Shown here one piece after another: positions 1-10,863 of a stretch of 64,000 nucleotides of DNA. A program made the position numbers and the translations under genes. The notes beneath the pieces are model-generated. The model saw only the letters and a program-made list of their open reading frames with translations, had not been told where the DNA came from and did no database searches. The first letter of the stretch is position 1; each line of letters begins with the position of its first letter. This stretch comes from Macrostomum hystrix (lineage: Eukaryota; Animalia; Platyhelminthes). The DNA is taken from the NCBI GenBank assembly GCA_950097015.1, contig CATNEN010000002.1, forward strand, positions 6,262,001 to 6,326,000, given 5' to 3'.

Positions 1-1368
1 TTCCTCATGTGTATCCAGCTATTCCTCAGGTGTATCCCAACTTATTCCTCAGCTGTATCCAGCTATTCCTCAGGTGTATCCACTTATTCCTCAGGTGCAT
101 CCACTTATTCCTCAGGTGTATCCACCTATTCCTCAGGTGTATCCACCTATTCCTCAGGTGCATCCACTTATTCCTCAGGTGTATCCAGCTATTCCTCAGG
201 TGCATCCACTTATTCCTCAGGTGCATCCACTTATTCCTCAGGTGTATCCACTTATTCCTCAGGTGTATCCCAACTTATTCCTCAGGTGTATCCACCTATT
301 CCTCATGTGTACCCAGCTATTCCTCAGGTGTATCCCAACTTATTCCTCAGCTGTATCCAGCTATTCCTCAGGTGTATCCACTTATTCCTCAGCTGTATCC
401 AGCTATTCCTCATGTGTATCCACCTATTCCTCGGGTGTATCCACCTATTCCTCAGGTGTATCCACCGATTCCTCAGATGCATCCACTTATTCCTCAGGTG
501 TATCCACCTATTCCTCAGGTGCATCCACCGATTCCTCAGATGCATCCACTTATTCCTCAGGTGTATCCACCTATTCCTCAGGTGCATCCACCGATTCCTC
601 AGGTGTATCCAGCTATTCCTCAAGTGTATCCCAACTTATTCCTCAGGTGTATCCACTTATTCCTCAGGTGTATCCACCTATTCCTCAGGTGTATCCACTT
701 ATTCCTCAGGTGTATCCACCTATTCCTCAGGTGCATCCACCGATTCCTCAGGTGTATCCAGCTATTCCTCAAGTGTATCCCAACTTATTCCTCAGGTGTA
801 TCCACCTATTCCTCATGTGTATCCACTTATTCCTCGGGTGTATCCACCTATTCCTCGGGTGTATCCACTTATTCCTCAGCTGTATCCAGCTATTCCTCAG
901 GTGTATCCACTTATTCCTTAGGTGAATCCACCTATTCCTTAGGTGTATCCAGCTATTCCTCAGGTGTATCCAGCTATTCCTCAGGTGTATCCAGCTATTC
1001 CTCAGGTGTATCCCAACTTATTCCTCAGGTGTATCCACTTATTCCTCAGGTGTATCCAGCTATTCCTCAGGTGTATCCACCTATTCCTCGGGTGTATCCA
1101 CTTATTCCTCAGCTGTATCCAGCTATTCCTCAGGTGTATCCACTTATTCCTTAGGTGAATCCACCTATTCCTTAGGTGTATCCAGCTATTCCTCAGGTGT
1201 ATCCACCTATTCCTCAGGTGTATCCACCTATTCCTCAGGTGTATCCACTTATTCCTCAGGTGTATCCACCTATTCCTCATGTGTATCCACCTATTCCTCA
1301 GGTGTATCCACCTATTCCTCATGTGTATCCACTTATTCCTCATGTGTATCCACCTATTCCTCAGGTGT
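1..1368. repeat. 21-bp minisatellite (CACCTATTCCTCAGGTGTATC)n with periodic 22-bp variant
   Basis: About 65 units; variant ATCCCAACTT units shift the frame; the array begins before the window. Confidence 0.97.
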
Positions 1369-1714
1369 GCAAGGGTTACCTGGGGTGATGGCGGCATTAG
1401 TTTACTTTTTCGTTCGAAACATCTCAGCGTGAACTTCGATAATACATGTAAACCTGTAAAAATCATGCTTTGGCTAAGAAAAAGCAATCGAAAGCAATAT
1501 ACTCGAGCAACTGCTTAAAGTATAAAGCAACGATAAAATAACTGCTTTATATAACGCTTACAAAAGATCGTCACAGTGTGCGTGAGATAGTCGAGCCAAG
1601 GACAAGAATATGTAACACAAAATAACAAAAAGATGTCATAAATATCTGCTCACGAATATTCTCGAAATTTCGTGCACTTTATGTAAGTGACGATGCTGTC
1701 TCAAAATTAATCTG

Positions 1715-2712
1715 TCATTTATCCCACAGATAAAGACTTTCATTTATCTCAAAGGTACAGAACAGGTACAGACTTTCATTTATTCAACAGGTACAGACTT
1801 TCATGTATCCCACAGGTACAGACTTTTATTTATCCCACAGGTACAGACTTTCATTTATCTCAAAGGTACAGAACAGGTACAGACTTTCATTTATTCAACA
1901 GGTACAGACTTTCATGTATCCCACAGGTACAGACTTTCATTTATTCAACAGGTACAGACTTTCATGTATCCCACAGGTACAGACTTTTATTTATCCCACA
2001 GGTACAGACTTTCATTTATCCCACAGGTACACACTTTCTTTCATCCCACAGGTACAGACTTTCATTCATCCCACAGGTACAGACTTTCATTCATCCCACA
2101 GGTACAGAGTTTCATTCATCCCACAGGTACAGACTTTCGTTTATCCCACAGGTACACAATTTCATTCATCCCACAGGCACAGACTTTCAATCATCCCACA
2201 GGTACAGACTTTCATTCATCCCACAGGTACAGACTTTCATTTATCCCACAGGTACAGACTTTCATTCATCCCATAGGTACAGACTTTCATTTATCCCACA
2301 GGTACAGACTTTCATTCATCCCACAGGCACAGACTTTCATTTATCCCACATGTACAGACTTTCATTTATCCCACAGGTACAGGCTTTCATTTATCCCACA
2401 GGTACAGACCTTCATTTATCCCACAGGTACAGGCTTTCATTTATCCCACAGGTACAGACTTTTATTCATCCCACAGGTACAGACTTTCATTCATCCCACA
2501 GGTATAGACTTTCATTTATCCCACATGTACAGACTTTCATTCATCCCACAGGTACAGACTTTCATTTATCCCACATGTACAGACTTTCATTTATTCCACA
2601 GGTACAGACTTTCATTTATCCCACAGGTACAGACCTTCATTTATCCCACAGGTACAGGCTTTCATTCATCCCACAGGTACAGACTTTCATTTATCGCACA
2701 GGTACAGCCTTT
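1715..2712. repeat. 25-bp intergenic minisatellite (TTTCATTTATCCCACAGGTACAGAC)n, unit 1
   Basis: About 40 units directly visible; marks the start of each duplicated unit. Confidence 0.97.
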
Positions 2713-3692
2713 GATTTAAGAACACTAAACACGAAAGGATGCCATAAATTTCTGCTCACGAATATTTTTGACATTTCGTGCACTTTGTCGAGTCTTGAGT
2801 CCGTTATAGAAGTGACGATGTGGTCTCAAAATATCTGGCCCAGCAGCAGACCCTCAAAGCCCAGGTAAAAACGTCATTCGAGTCTTTAATAAGGCACCTC
2901 CAGAAATGCCACACTTGCGTCAGAAGCGGAAAATGCCTTGGCTTGCCCTGGAGAATTGAGCAGGATGGCTTTTGTGAGAACACCAGACCCCAGCCGGAGC
3001 ACAAGCTGGCAGAGTGCTCAGGACTGACGCTTGCCAGTTGGAAACGACAAGGGTGGCTGGGGTGCTTGGTGGCTGGGGTGCAGAGGTTGCTGTCACTGCG
3101 CATTGTCTACCTTCACTCCGTGTCATCTCACAATGCTCACCTACTTTCGGAGAAACAGCAAAGACTCATTGAGACAATGGCTATTTGAACTGTAGTGGGT
3201 TTCGAGTGAGAATAACTGCTATTGAGCACTGCTTAGGAGTTTGAGCAGTGTCAATAGAAGGGCCTGAGCCATTGTCTTTGCAGGCAGGCTCAGCTATGCG
3301 ACTCAGAAGATCGCCGCAGGCCCCGCTCTGAAAATGACAATCGGCACAACGGCAATGAGTCTCAGCCAACAACTCAAAGCCAGCAGTCACTGTCCAGCTC
3401 TCTCAAAATCTTGGCCTCATAAACTGTACTTTTGTTTCTTTCGGTTTGCATTTTCTGGTACGAAAGAAGGATACTTCGTCAGGTCTATTTTTGCTCGCAA
3501 TGACCGCTCTAGTGCCTGATTAAAGTGAAGGATTATTGCGAATGGCGTCATTTTCACCTGTTGCCAAGGAGACAGGATGCTGTGGCGCACAACTCAGCGC
3601 GAGCATTTAAAGAGAGCCTCGAGCGGTGCTGTGAGATTTCTCAAGCCAGCTGCTCAACTCTCCTCACTGACTGCTCCACAGCTCGAATCTGC
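2713..3692 (+). promoter_or_regulatory. Putative promoter/5' block of gene A (~1 kb, conserved in all four units) with a TATA-like TTTAAA at 3606-3611
   Basis: Near-identical at 16433-17441, 35676-36651 and 57251-58229; assigned from its position upstream of the ATG only. Confidence 0.35.
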
Positions 3693-6600
3693 ATGGCCAG
3701 GCCTCCGCTGCTGCTGCTGCTGCTTCTCATCCTGACTGCCGTCAGCTTTGGTAAGTATTGCACCTGTGCTCACTGCCCTCACATGCACCTGTGCTCACTG
3801 TCCTCACATGCACCTGTGCTCACTGTCCTCACATGCACCTGTGCTCACTGCCCTCACATGCACCTGTGCTCACTGCCCTCACATGCACCTGTGCTCACTG
3901 CCCTCACATGCACCTGTGCTCACTGTCCTCACATGCACCTGTGCTCACTGCCCTCACATGCACCTGTGCTCACTGTCCTCACATGCACCTGTGCTCACTG
4001 TCCTCACATGCACCTGTGCTCACTGCCCTCACATGCACCTGTGCTCACTGCCCTCACATGCACCTGTGCTCACTGCCCTCACATGCACCTGTGCTCACTG
4101 TCCTCACATGCACCTGTGCTCACTGTCCTCACATGCACCTGTGCTCACTGTCCTCACATGCACCTGTGCTCACTGTCCTCACATGCACCTGTGCTCACTG
4201 TCCTCACATGCACCTGTGCTCACTGTCCTCACATGCACCTGTGCTCACTGCCCTCACATGCACCTGTGCTCACTGCCCTCACATGCTCTGCTGATTGCAG
4301 ACAGCTTTCAGGCAATCAACTGTTTTATTCGGAGCGGGACATCAACAACAGACAATGGGACGACTCAATCCTGTGGGTCAGCCACTGGGTGCTACTCAGT
4401 CACAACCAATGGGGTAAGATTGAATTGCCTGCTGATTTGTTTTTTGTTTTCTGTTTTCCCTTGAAGTTACCTTTTCATAGCGCCCGCCATCAATGGCTCA
4501 TCATTCCAGCAAAGATTCGCGGGCTGCACCAGCAATGGCCAGTGCGGCAGTTCAGGGCCGGACTGCTACGTGTGCAGCACGGACTACTGCAACAGCGTGA
4601 CCCCCTCCTCCATCAGCTGCTTCTACCGCTCAGGATATTCCAGCAGCACCTACAATGGCACTGTGGTCGCCTGCCACTCCGGGGTCTCAGCCTGTAACTC
4701 CTACATGGGATCGGTGAGTTGAGCTGAAAGCTAAACTAAATTAGCTCTTGAAAAGGTGTGCGCGTTTCTGCAGTGCAGTTCACTTTTTTAAGAACTTTTC
4801 TTTAAATGTAACGTGTCGATGGCAATAGTTTAAATTCCCTTTTTTCTACATCTCAATATAAAGAATGTTTTTTTCATTGCGAGCAAAGTCTTTGTTTGTC
4901 AGCTGGTTTGACTGCTAATGCTGCTGTGCACTTCAAGCGGGAGTTGATTTTGAGCTGACAGTCAATGACTTGCTGAACTCGCTCCTCGGGACCTTACTGA
5001 AGGATTGATTGAACAGCTGGGAGCGGCTGGCGAAGCGGAGGTGGTGGGTGAGGAATGAGCCCAGCGCTCAAGGTGAAGAATGGGATGTGGGAATTTCGGT
5101 ATTTACAGCGCTTTTAAAATCAAGACTACAATCAGGACTGCAGTCTGAGTTTTATCTTTTTACAAGGTTAGTTGTCTGTGCCATTGGCAGAACTGGCATT
5201 AAAAATGGAACTTTCTTGACAGTAGATCGATCCGTGCCTTTGACATTGTAGGGATCATCTGGCAGCGTCAGCTATGCCGGCTGTGGCAACATCAGCACCA
5301 ATGACTTTGTTCAGCTGTTCACCTGCAACTCCAGCTTGTGCAACTCCCGAACACCGTCAGCCATCAGCTGCTATGTGGCATCAAGATCTCCTGGTTCCAC
5401 CAACAACGGATCTGCGGTGCCCTGTCCTACTGGAATAAAGACATGCCTTGTCTATGACATCAACGTCTTTTATTCGGTAATTCTCCCACCGGGGTGATTT
5501 AATTCTACAACATGGCTTCTAGCATTTAGAATAAGAAAAAAGTAAGCAAGACACCACATAAGCCTGGAAGTGGCAAGAAGAATGAGCATGGCAGAGGCAA
5601 GAAGATTGAGCATGGCAGAGGCAAGAAGAATGAGCATGGCAGAGGCAAGAAGATTGAGCATGGCAGAGGCAAGAAGAATGAGCATGGCAGAGGCAAGAAG
5701 AATGAGCATGGCAGAAGCAAGAGGAATGAGCATGGCAGAGGCAAGAAGAATGAGCATAGCAGAGGCAAGAAGAATGAGCATAGCAGAGGCAAGAAGAATG
5801 AGCATGGCAGAGGCAAGAAGAATGAGCATGGCAGAGGCAAGAAGAATGAGCATGGCAGAGGCAAGAAGAATGAGCATGGCAGAGGCAAGAAGAATGAGCA
5901 TGGCAGAGGCAAGAAGAATGAGCATGGCAGAGGCAAGAAGAATGAGCATGGCAGAGGCAAGAAGAATGAGCATGGCAGAGGCAAGAAGAATGAGCATGGC
6001 AGAGGCAAGAAGAATGAGCATGGCAGAGGCAAGAAGAATGAGCATGGCAGAGGCAAGAAGAATGAGCATGGCAGAGGCAAGAAGAATGAGCATGGCAGAG
6101 GCAAGAAGAATGAGCATGGCAGAGGCAAGAAGAATGAGCATGGCAGAGGCAAGAAGAATGAGCATGGCAGAGGCAAGAAGAATGAGCATGGCAGAGGCAA
6201 GAAGAATGAGCATGGCAGAGGCAAGAAGAATGAGCATGGCAGAGGCAAGAAGAATGAGCATGGAAGAGGCAAGAAGAATGAGCATGGCAGAGGCAAGAAG
6301 AATGAGCATGGAAGAGGCAAGAAGAATGAACATGGAAGAGGCAAGAAGAATGAACATGGAAGAGGCAAGAAGAATGAGCATGGCAGAGGCAAGAAGAATG
6401 AACATGGAAGAGGCAAGAAGAATGAGTATGGCAGAGGCAAGAAGAATGAGCATGGCAGAGGCAAGAAGAATGAGCATGGCAGAGGCAAGAAGAATGAGCA
6501 TGGCAGAGGCAAGAAGAATGAGCATGGCAGAGGCAAGAAGAATGAGCATGGCAGAGGCAAGAAGAATGAGCATGGCTTCGAGTTAAGAAATAAATTCTGC

Positions 6601-9600
6601 TTTGGGTAGCTATTCGGGTTCAACTGGGAATCATGAAAACCGAATGAAAAAGGAATGACACAGCACCTGAGATCAGTGGCAGAACTCGGTGTGACAGAGC
6701 TCAGATAAAAACAAAATGCAAAGCAAAAGAGTCGTCGATTGCCCCACCCTGTACTTCAGGGTGGCTCCATCTGGTATTCTGCTGGCTGCGGCTCCTGCAA
6801 CTCCACCGCAAATCCATCATGCGTGACCTGCAGCTCTGACCTGTGCAACTCAGCGACTCCTGCAGCCATCAGCTGCTATAGAAGATCACTATATAGTATG
6901 GATGCGATCAGCTATGGACAGCCCGAAACTTGTCAGCCAGGAATTAGCACCTGCTATTCGTTTGTTGCTACCTATAGTGTAAGTTCCTATTATGAATGAG
7001 CTTTTCTGCCTACAGATTCTACATATGAAAAGTCTGTATTAATACTACTCAATATTAGCTCATTTTCATTGTCAATACATTGACAATTTCAGGGTTCTTC
7101 GTACTACTACGGAGGTTGCGGAACCTGCAGCCCAGACACGATTCCGTCATGTCAGACATGCACCAGTAACTACTGCAACACCATGGATACAGGAACTCTT
7201 ACCTGCGCTACAAGAAGCAGCTATAACAAAAACCCTGTCTCCTGTGCCAGAGGAATAAACAGCTGCTACTCACTCACCAAACCCCTTGTGAGCTGCAGCT
7301 TTTACCTGTTGTGAATATCAGCCAGTGTGCTCCCACTGTGATCTGCTCTTGAACTCAGCCTCCAATATCGATCATTCCAGAGAGTGGTGCAGACGTACAG
7401 TTTCAGCAACCTCCTCAGTGGCTGCGGTGTCTGTACGGCGACAACAAGCGCCCTCTACGGCTGCACAATGTGCAACACCAGCAACTGCAACTCCGTGGCC
7501 CCAGTAACAACTGGCAGCCCAGCCAATCCGAGCGGAAACCCGACCAACTCGCCAAGCACAGGTACCGCAGCAGGTGGCTTCAGCTGCTACAATGGCTTCG
7601 GTGAGACTGGCGTCAGCAGCCCACAGACTGTCAGCTGTCCGTCATCGAGCACCTGCTTCGACTACATCATTAGCTACGGAGTGAAGAATGTGAGGCTGAA
7701 AACATTATTTGTTAGAAAAAACTGAAGCTTTGGGGGGCTATTAAACAATCAGTTTGAACTCACGAATGAATAACACGACCCACCAAACTAATATTAGTTT
7801 AACGAATCAGCTGTTTCAGTTGCTTTAATTGTACATTGAAATGAATTAAATAAGCCTGCTTAATCACATTCCCTGCATCCTCTCACCTGCAGTTCTTCTT
7901 CTCAGGCTGCTCAATCACATCAGCTCCACCCTCTCACCTGCAGTTCTACTTCTCAGGCTGCTCAATCACATCAGCTCCATCCTCTCACCTGCAGTTCTCC
8001 TTCTCAGCCTGCTCAATCACATCAGCTCCATCCTCTCACCTGCAGTTCTCCTTCTCAGGCTGCTCAATCACATCAGCTCCACCCTCTCACCTGCAGTTCT
8101 CCTTCTCAGGCTGCTCAATCACATCAGCTCCACCCTCTCACCTGCAGTTCTACTTCTCAGGCTGCTCAATCACATCAGCTCCATCCTCTCACCTGCAGTT
8201 CTCCTTCTCAGCCTGCTCAATCACATCAGCTCCATCCTCTCGCCTGCAGTTCTCCTTCTCAGCCTGCTCAATCACATCAGCTCCATCCTCTCACCTGCAG
8301 TTCTCCTTCTCAGCCTGCTCAATCACATCAGCTCCATCCTCTCACCTGCAGTTCTCCTTCTCAGCCTGCTCAATCACATCAGCTCCACCCTCTCACCTGC
8401 AGTTCTACTTCTCAGGCTGCTCAATCACATCAGCTCCATCCTCTCACCTGCAGTTCTCCTTCTCAGGCTGCTCAATCACATCAGCTCCATCCTCTCACCT
8501 GCAGTTCTACTTCTCAGGCTGCTCAATCACATCAGCTCCACCCTCTCACCTGCAGTTCTCCTTCTCAGCCTGCTCAATCACATCCGCTCCATCCTCTCAC
8601 CTGCAGTTCTACTTCTCAGGCTGCTCAATCACATCAGCTCCACCCTCTCACCTGCAGTTCTCCTTCTCAGCCTGCTCAATCACATCCGCTCCATCCTCTC
8701 ACCTGCAGTTCTACTTCTCAGCCTGCTCAATCACATCCGCTCCATCCTCTCACCTGCAGTTCTACTTCTCAGGCTGCTCAATCACATCAGCTCCATCCTC
8801 TCACCTGCAGTTCTCCTTCTCAGCCTGCTCAATCACATCAGCTCCATCCTCTCACCTGCAGTTCTCCTTCTCAGGCTGCTCAATCACATCAGCTCCACCC
8901 TCTCACCTGCAGTTCTACTTCTCAGGCTGCTCAATCACATCAGCTCCATCCTCTCACCTGCAGTTCTACTTCTCAGCCTGCTCAATCACATCAGCTCCAT
9001 CCTCTCACCTGCAGTTCTACTTCTCAGGCTGCTCAATCACATCAGCTCCATCCTCTCACCTGCAGTTCTACTTCTCAGGCTGCTCAATCACATCAGCTCC
9101 ACCCTCTCACCTGCAGTTCTCCTTCTCAGCCTGCTCAATCACATCAGCTCCACCCTCTCACCTGCAGTTCTACTTCTCAGGCTGCTCAATCACATCAGCT
9201 CCACCCTCTCACCTGCAGTTCTACTTCTCAGGCTGCTCAATCACATCAGCTCCACCCTCTCACCTGCAGTTCTACTTCTCAGGCTGCTCAATCACATCAG
9301 CTCCACCCTCTCACCTGCAGTTCTCCTTCTCAGCCTGCTCAATCACATCAGCTCCACCCTCTCACCTGCAGTTCTACTTCTCAGGCTGCTCAATCACATC
9401 AGCTCCATCCTCTCACCTGCAGTTCTACTTCTCAGCCTGCTCAATCACATTAGCTCCATCCTCTCACCTGCAGTTCTACTTCTCAGGCTGTGGCAGCTGT
9501 CCCTTCAGCAGCGGCACCGACTGTCGCACCTGCAGCTCGAGCTTGTGCAACTCACCTCGGAGAAAGTCCGGCACGAGATGCTACTTCAGCTTCGGCGACA

Positions 9601-9934
9601 GTGCGCAGAGCAAATCCGTGGTCGACTGTCCGTCATCCAGCAGCTGCTTCAGCTACACCTACAATTACGGACTGGCCAAGGTGAGTTCTTGTGCTCAGCC
9701 TCATTCTGCTGTGAGTTCACATGAGTTTGAGCATTGCTGGTGATCTGCGAACCCGCGCGTTTTCAGTTCTTCTTTGCCGGCTGCGGCAACTGCACTTTCG
9801 ACAGCGGCACGACGAACTGCCGCACCTGCTTCACCGACCTCTGCAACTCGGGCTCCGCACTGGGCTGCTCCGCTGCTGCTGCTGCTGCTGCCGCTGCTGT
9901 GGTCTTTGGACTGAACCTCATGAAGCTCTTCTGA
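3693..9934 (+). CDS. Gene A1: secreted/GPI-anchored protein with 7 Cys-rich three-finger (Ly6/uPAR- or DUF753-like) domains, ~565 aa, 9 exons
   Basis: Hand-spliced join(3693-3750,4301-4413,4510-4713,5252-5476,6760-6978,7093-7287,7381-7689,9474-9680,9767-9934). All introns are GT-AG; intron 1 is phase 1 and introns 2-8 are phase 0; 1698 nt with no stop. It begins with the signal peptide MARPPLLLLLLLILTAVSF. The repeated motif is C-[YF]-x(n)-C-x(5-6)-C-[YFL]...GC..C...C..C....CN, with many NxS/T sequons. The C-terminus CNSGSALGCSAAAAAAAAVVFGLNLMKLF resembles a GPI signal. The family assignment is from Cys-pattern recognition, not a database search. Confidence 0.85.
3760..4286. repeat. Intron-1 25-bp minisatellite (CACCTGTGCTCACTGYCCTCACATG)n; copies 17509-18356, 36719-37066, 58297-58572
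   Basis: About 21, 34, 14 and 11 units in A1-A4; fills almost the whole intron. Confidence 0.97.
5571..6576. repeat. Intron-4 24-bp purine-rich minisatellite (GCAAGAAGAATGAGCATGGCAGAG)n; copies 38350-38633, 60357-62253
   Basis: About 42, 12 and 79 units in A1, A3 and A4; A2 has only a partial unit (gaagaatgagcatgg, ~19706-19720). Confidence 0.97.
7855..9488 (+). repeat. Intron-7 51-bp minisatellite spanning the exon-8 splice acceptor; copies 20994-21812, 39666-39895, 63505-64000
   Basis: Unit CTCTCACCTGCAG|TTCTACTTCTCAGGCTGCTCAATCACATCAGCTCCATC. The distance from first to last acceptor is 1581 (31x51) in A1, 765 (15x51) in A2 and 204 (4x51) in A3. Confidence 0.97.
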
Positions 9935-10863
9935 AGCTTCATTTTCTGAGAAACTGTGAATTTCGAGCTCGTATCACGTGACTTTTTGCCTCAGTTTGAC
10001 TGCAAACTCGCTTCTGCTTTCGGTTCACTTCTGAGCCACTGACAGGTCGCACTTTCAGGATTGCTGTCTGCCAGGTGGGAGTGTCTGATGTCACACTTTT
10101 ATTTGAAACTGAATTATTCAAGGTTTCACGTTGCTGATTCGTTCCTCCTACAAATTATTTTAATCTTGCTTTTCACATCACATGAATATTCAATACGTTT
10201 TCAACCCAGTATTTATTGATCCAGTTGAACCCAGCTCAAATCACATGTATCAACGGCTCTGAACAATGTCCAACACGAATAATCAGAATTATGCTTATTA
10301 TGTTGAGGTGAGGTGAGGTGAATTTCCACTACCAAAATGTTGTTTTTCAACTTCTTAAAGTCGAAATACCGCCCAAAATACACTGAAGTTAAAGTTAATT
10401 CATATCTAATCCATGATTTAAAGATTCAAAGCCAGTTCCCAAAAAATTAATAGTTTTCTGTTTGAGTGTAGCGAGTGAATTACTCACGAAACAATTGGCT
10501 TTTTGTGCGTATAATTAGCAGAGACTGTGTCCCGGAAATATTTTTAGGTGTATTTTAGAGTATAATAAAATATTAGTTAAAATTTCACAACACACTACTC
10601 ATAACAGTTCATAGTAGGATACTCTGTCCGTAAAAACAATAGTACGTAGTGCAACACGAAACAAGTCAGTACCATTTAATCTGCCAACTACACAGTAACG
10701 AGTACAAAATGGACACATCACACATTAGTCACGTTAAAATTAATTTACTTACCATTCGAAAGAAACCTTGAAATTTAAACAGCCTACTGCCGAACTCGTT
10801 AAATGCTGAATACTTTGACAGGCGGTACCCTGAAAAATTCCTGAAAGTCTTCAATAAATCTGG

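Noticed and set aside
7-1487. Long ORFs (IPQVYPP / YSSGVST / RNRWIHL repeats)
   Set aside because: Artefacts of a 21-bp satellite that is open in several frames and on both strands; 22-bp variants shift the frame; no unique coding flanks.
2804-3519. Short ORFs in the conserved promoter block
   Set aside because: They are disrupted differently in each unit (stops and indels), have no motifs, and are conserved only because of the recent duplication.
3525-3692. Upstream ORF-track extensions (MKDYCEW.../MPRRQDAVAHSS...) as a longer N-terminus
   Set aside because: They would bury the signal peptide, and the starts differ between copies; the ATG of MARPPLLL is conserved in all four.
5470-6623. 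MSMAEARR / MLILLASA / PCSFFLPL repeat ORFs (also 60250-62495)
   Set aside because: They come from a 24-bp intronic array between a clear donor (5477) and acceptor (6759); the array is nearly absent in A2.
7855-9488. Regularly spaced repeats as a CRISPR array
   Set aside because: Units are contiguous with no unique spacers, there are no cas genes, and the context is a eukaryotic intron.
5571-9488. Immunoglobulin switch-region analogy (WGCW motifs in arrays before the constant exons)
   Set aside because: WGCW motifs are short and common, and nothing in the window indicates a deaminase or somatic rearrangement. Kept only as a germline recombination hypothesis.
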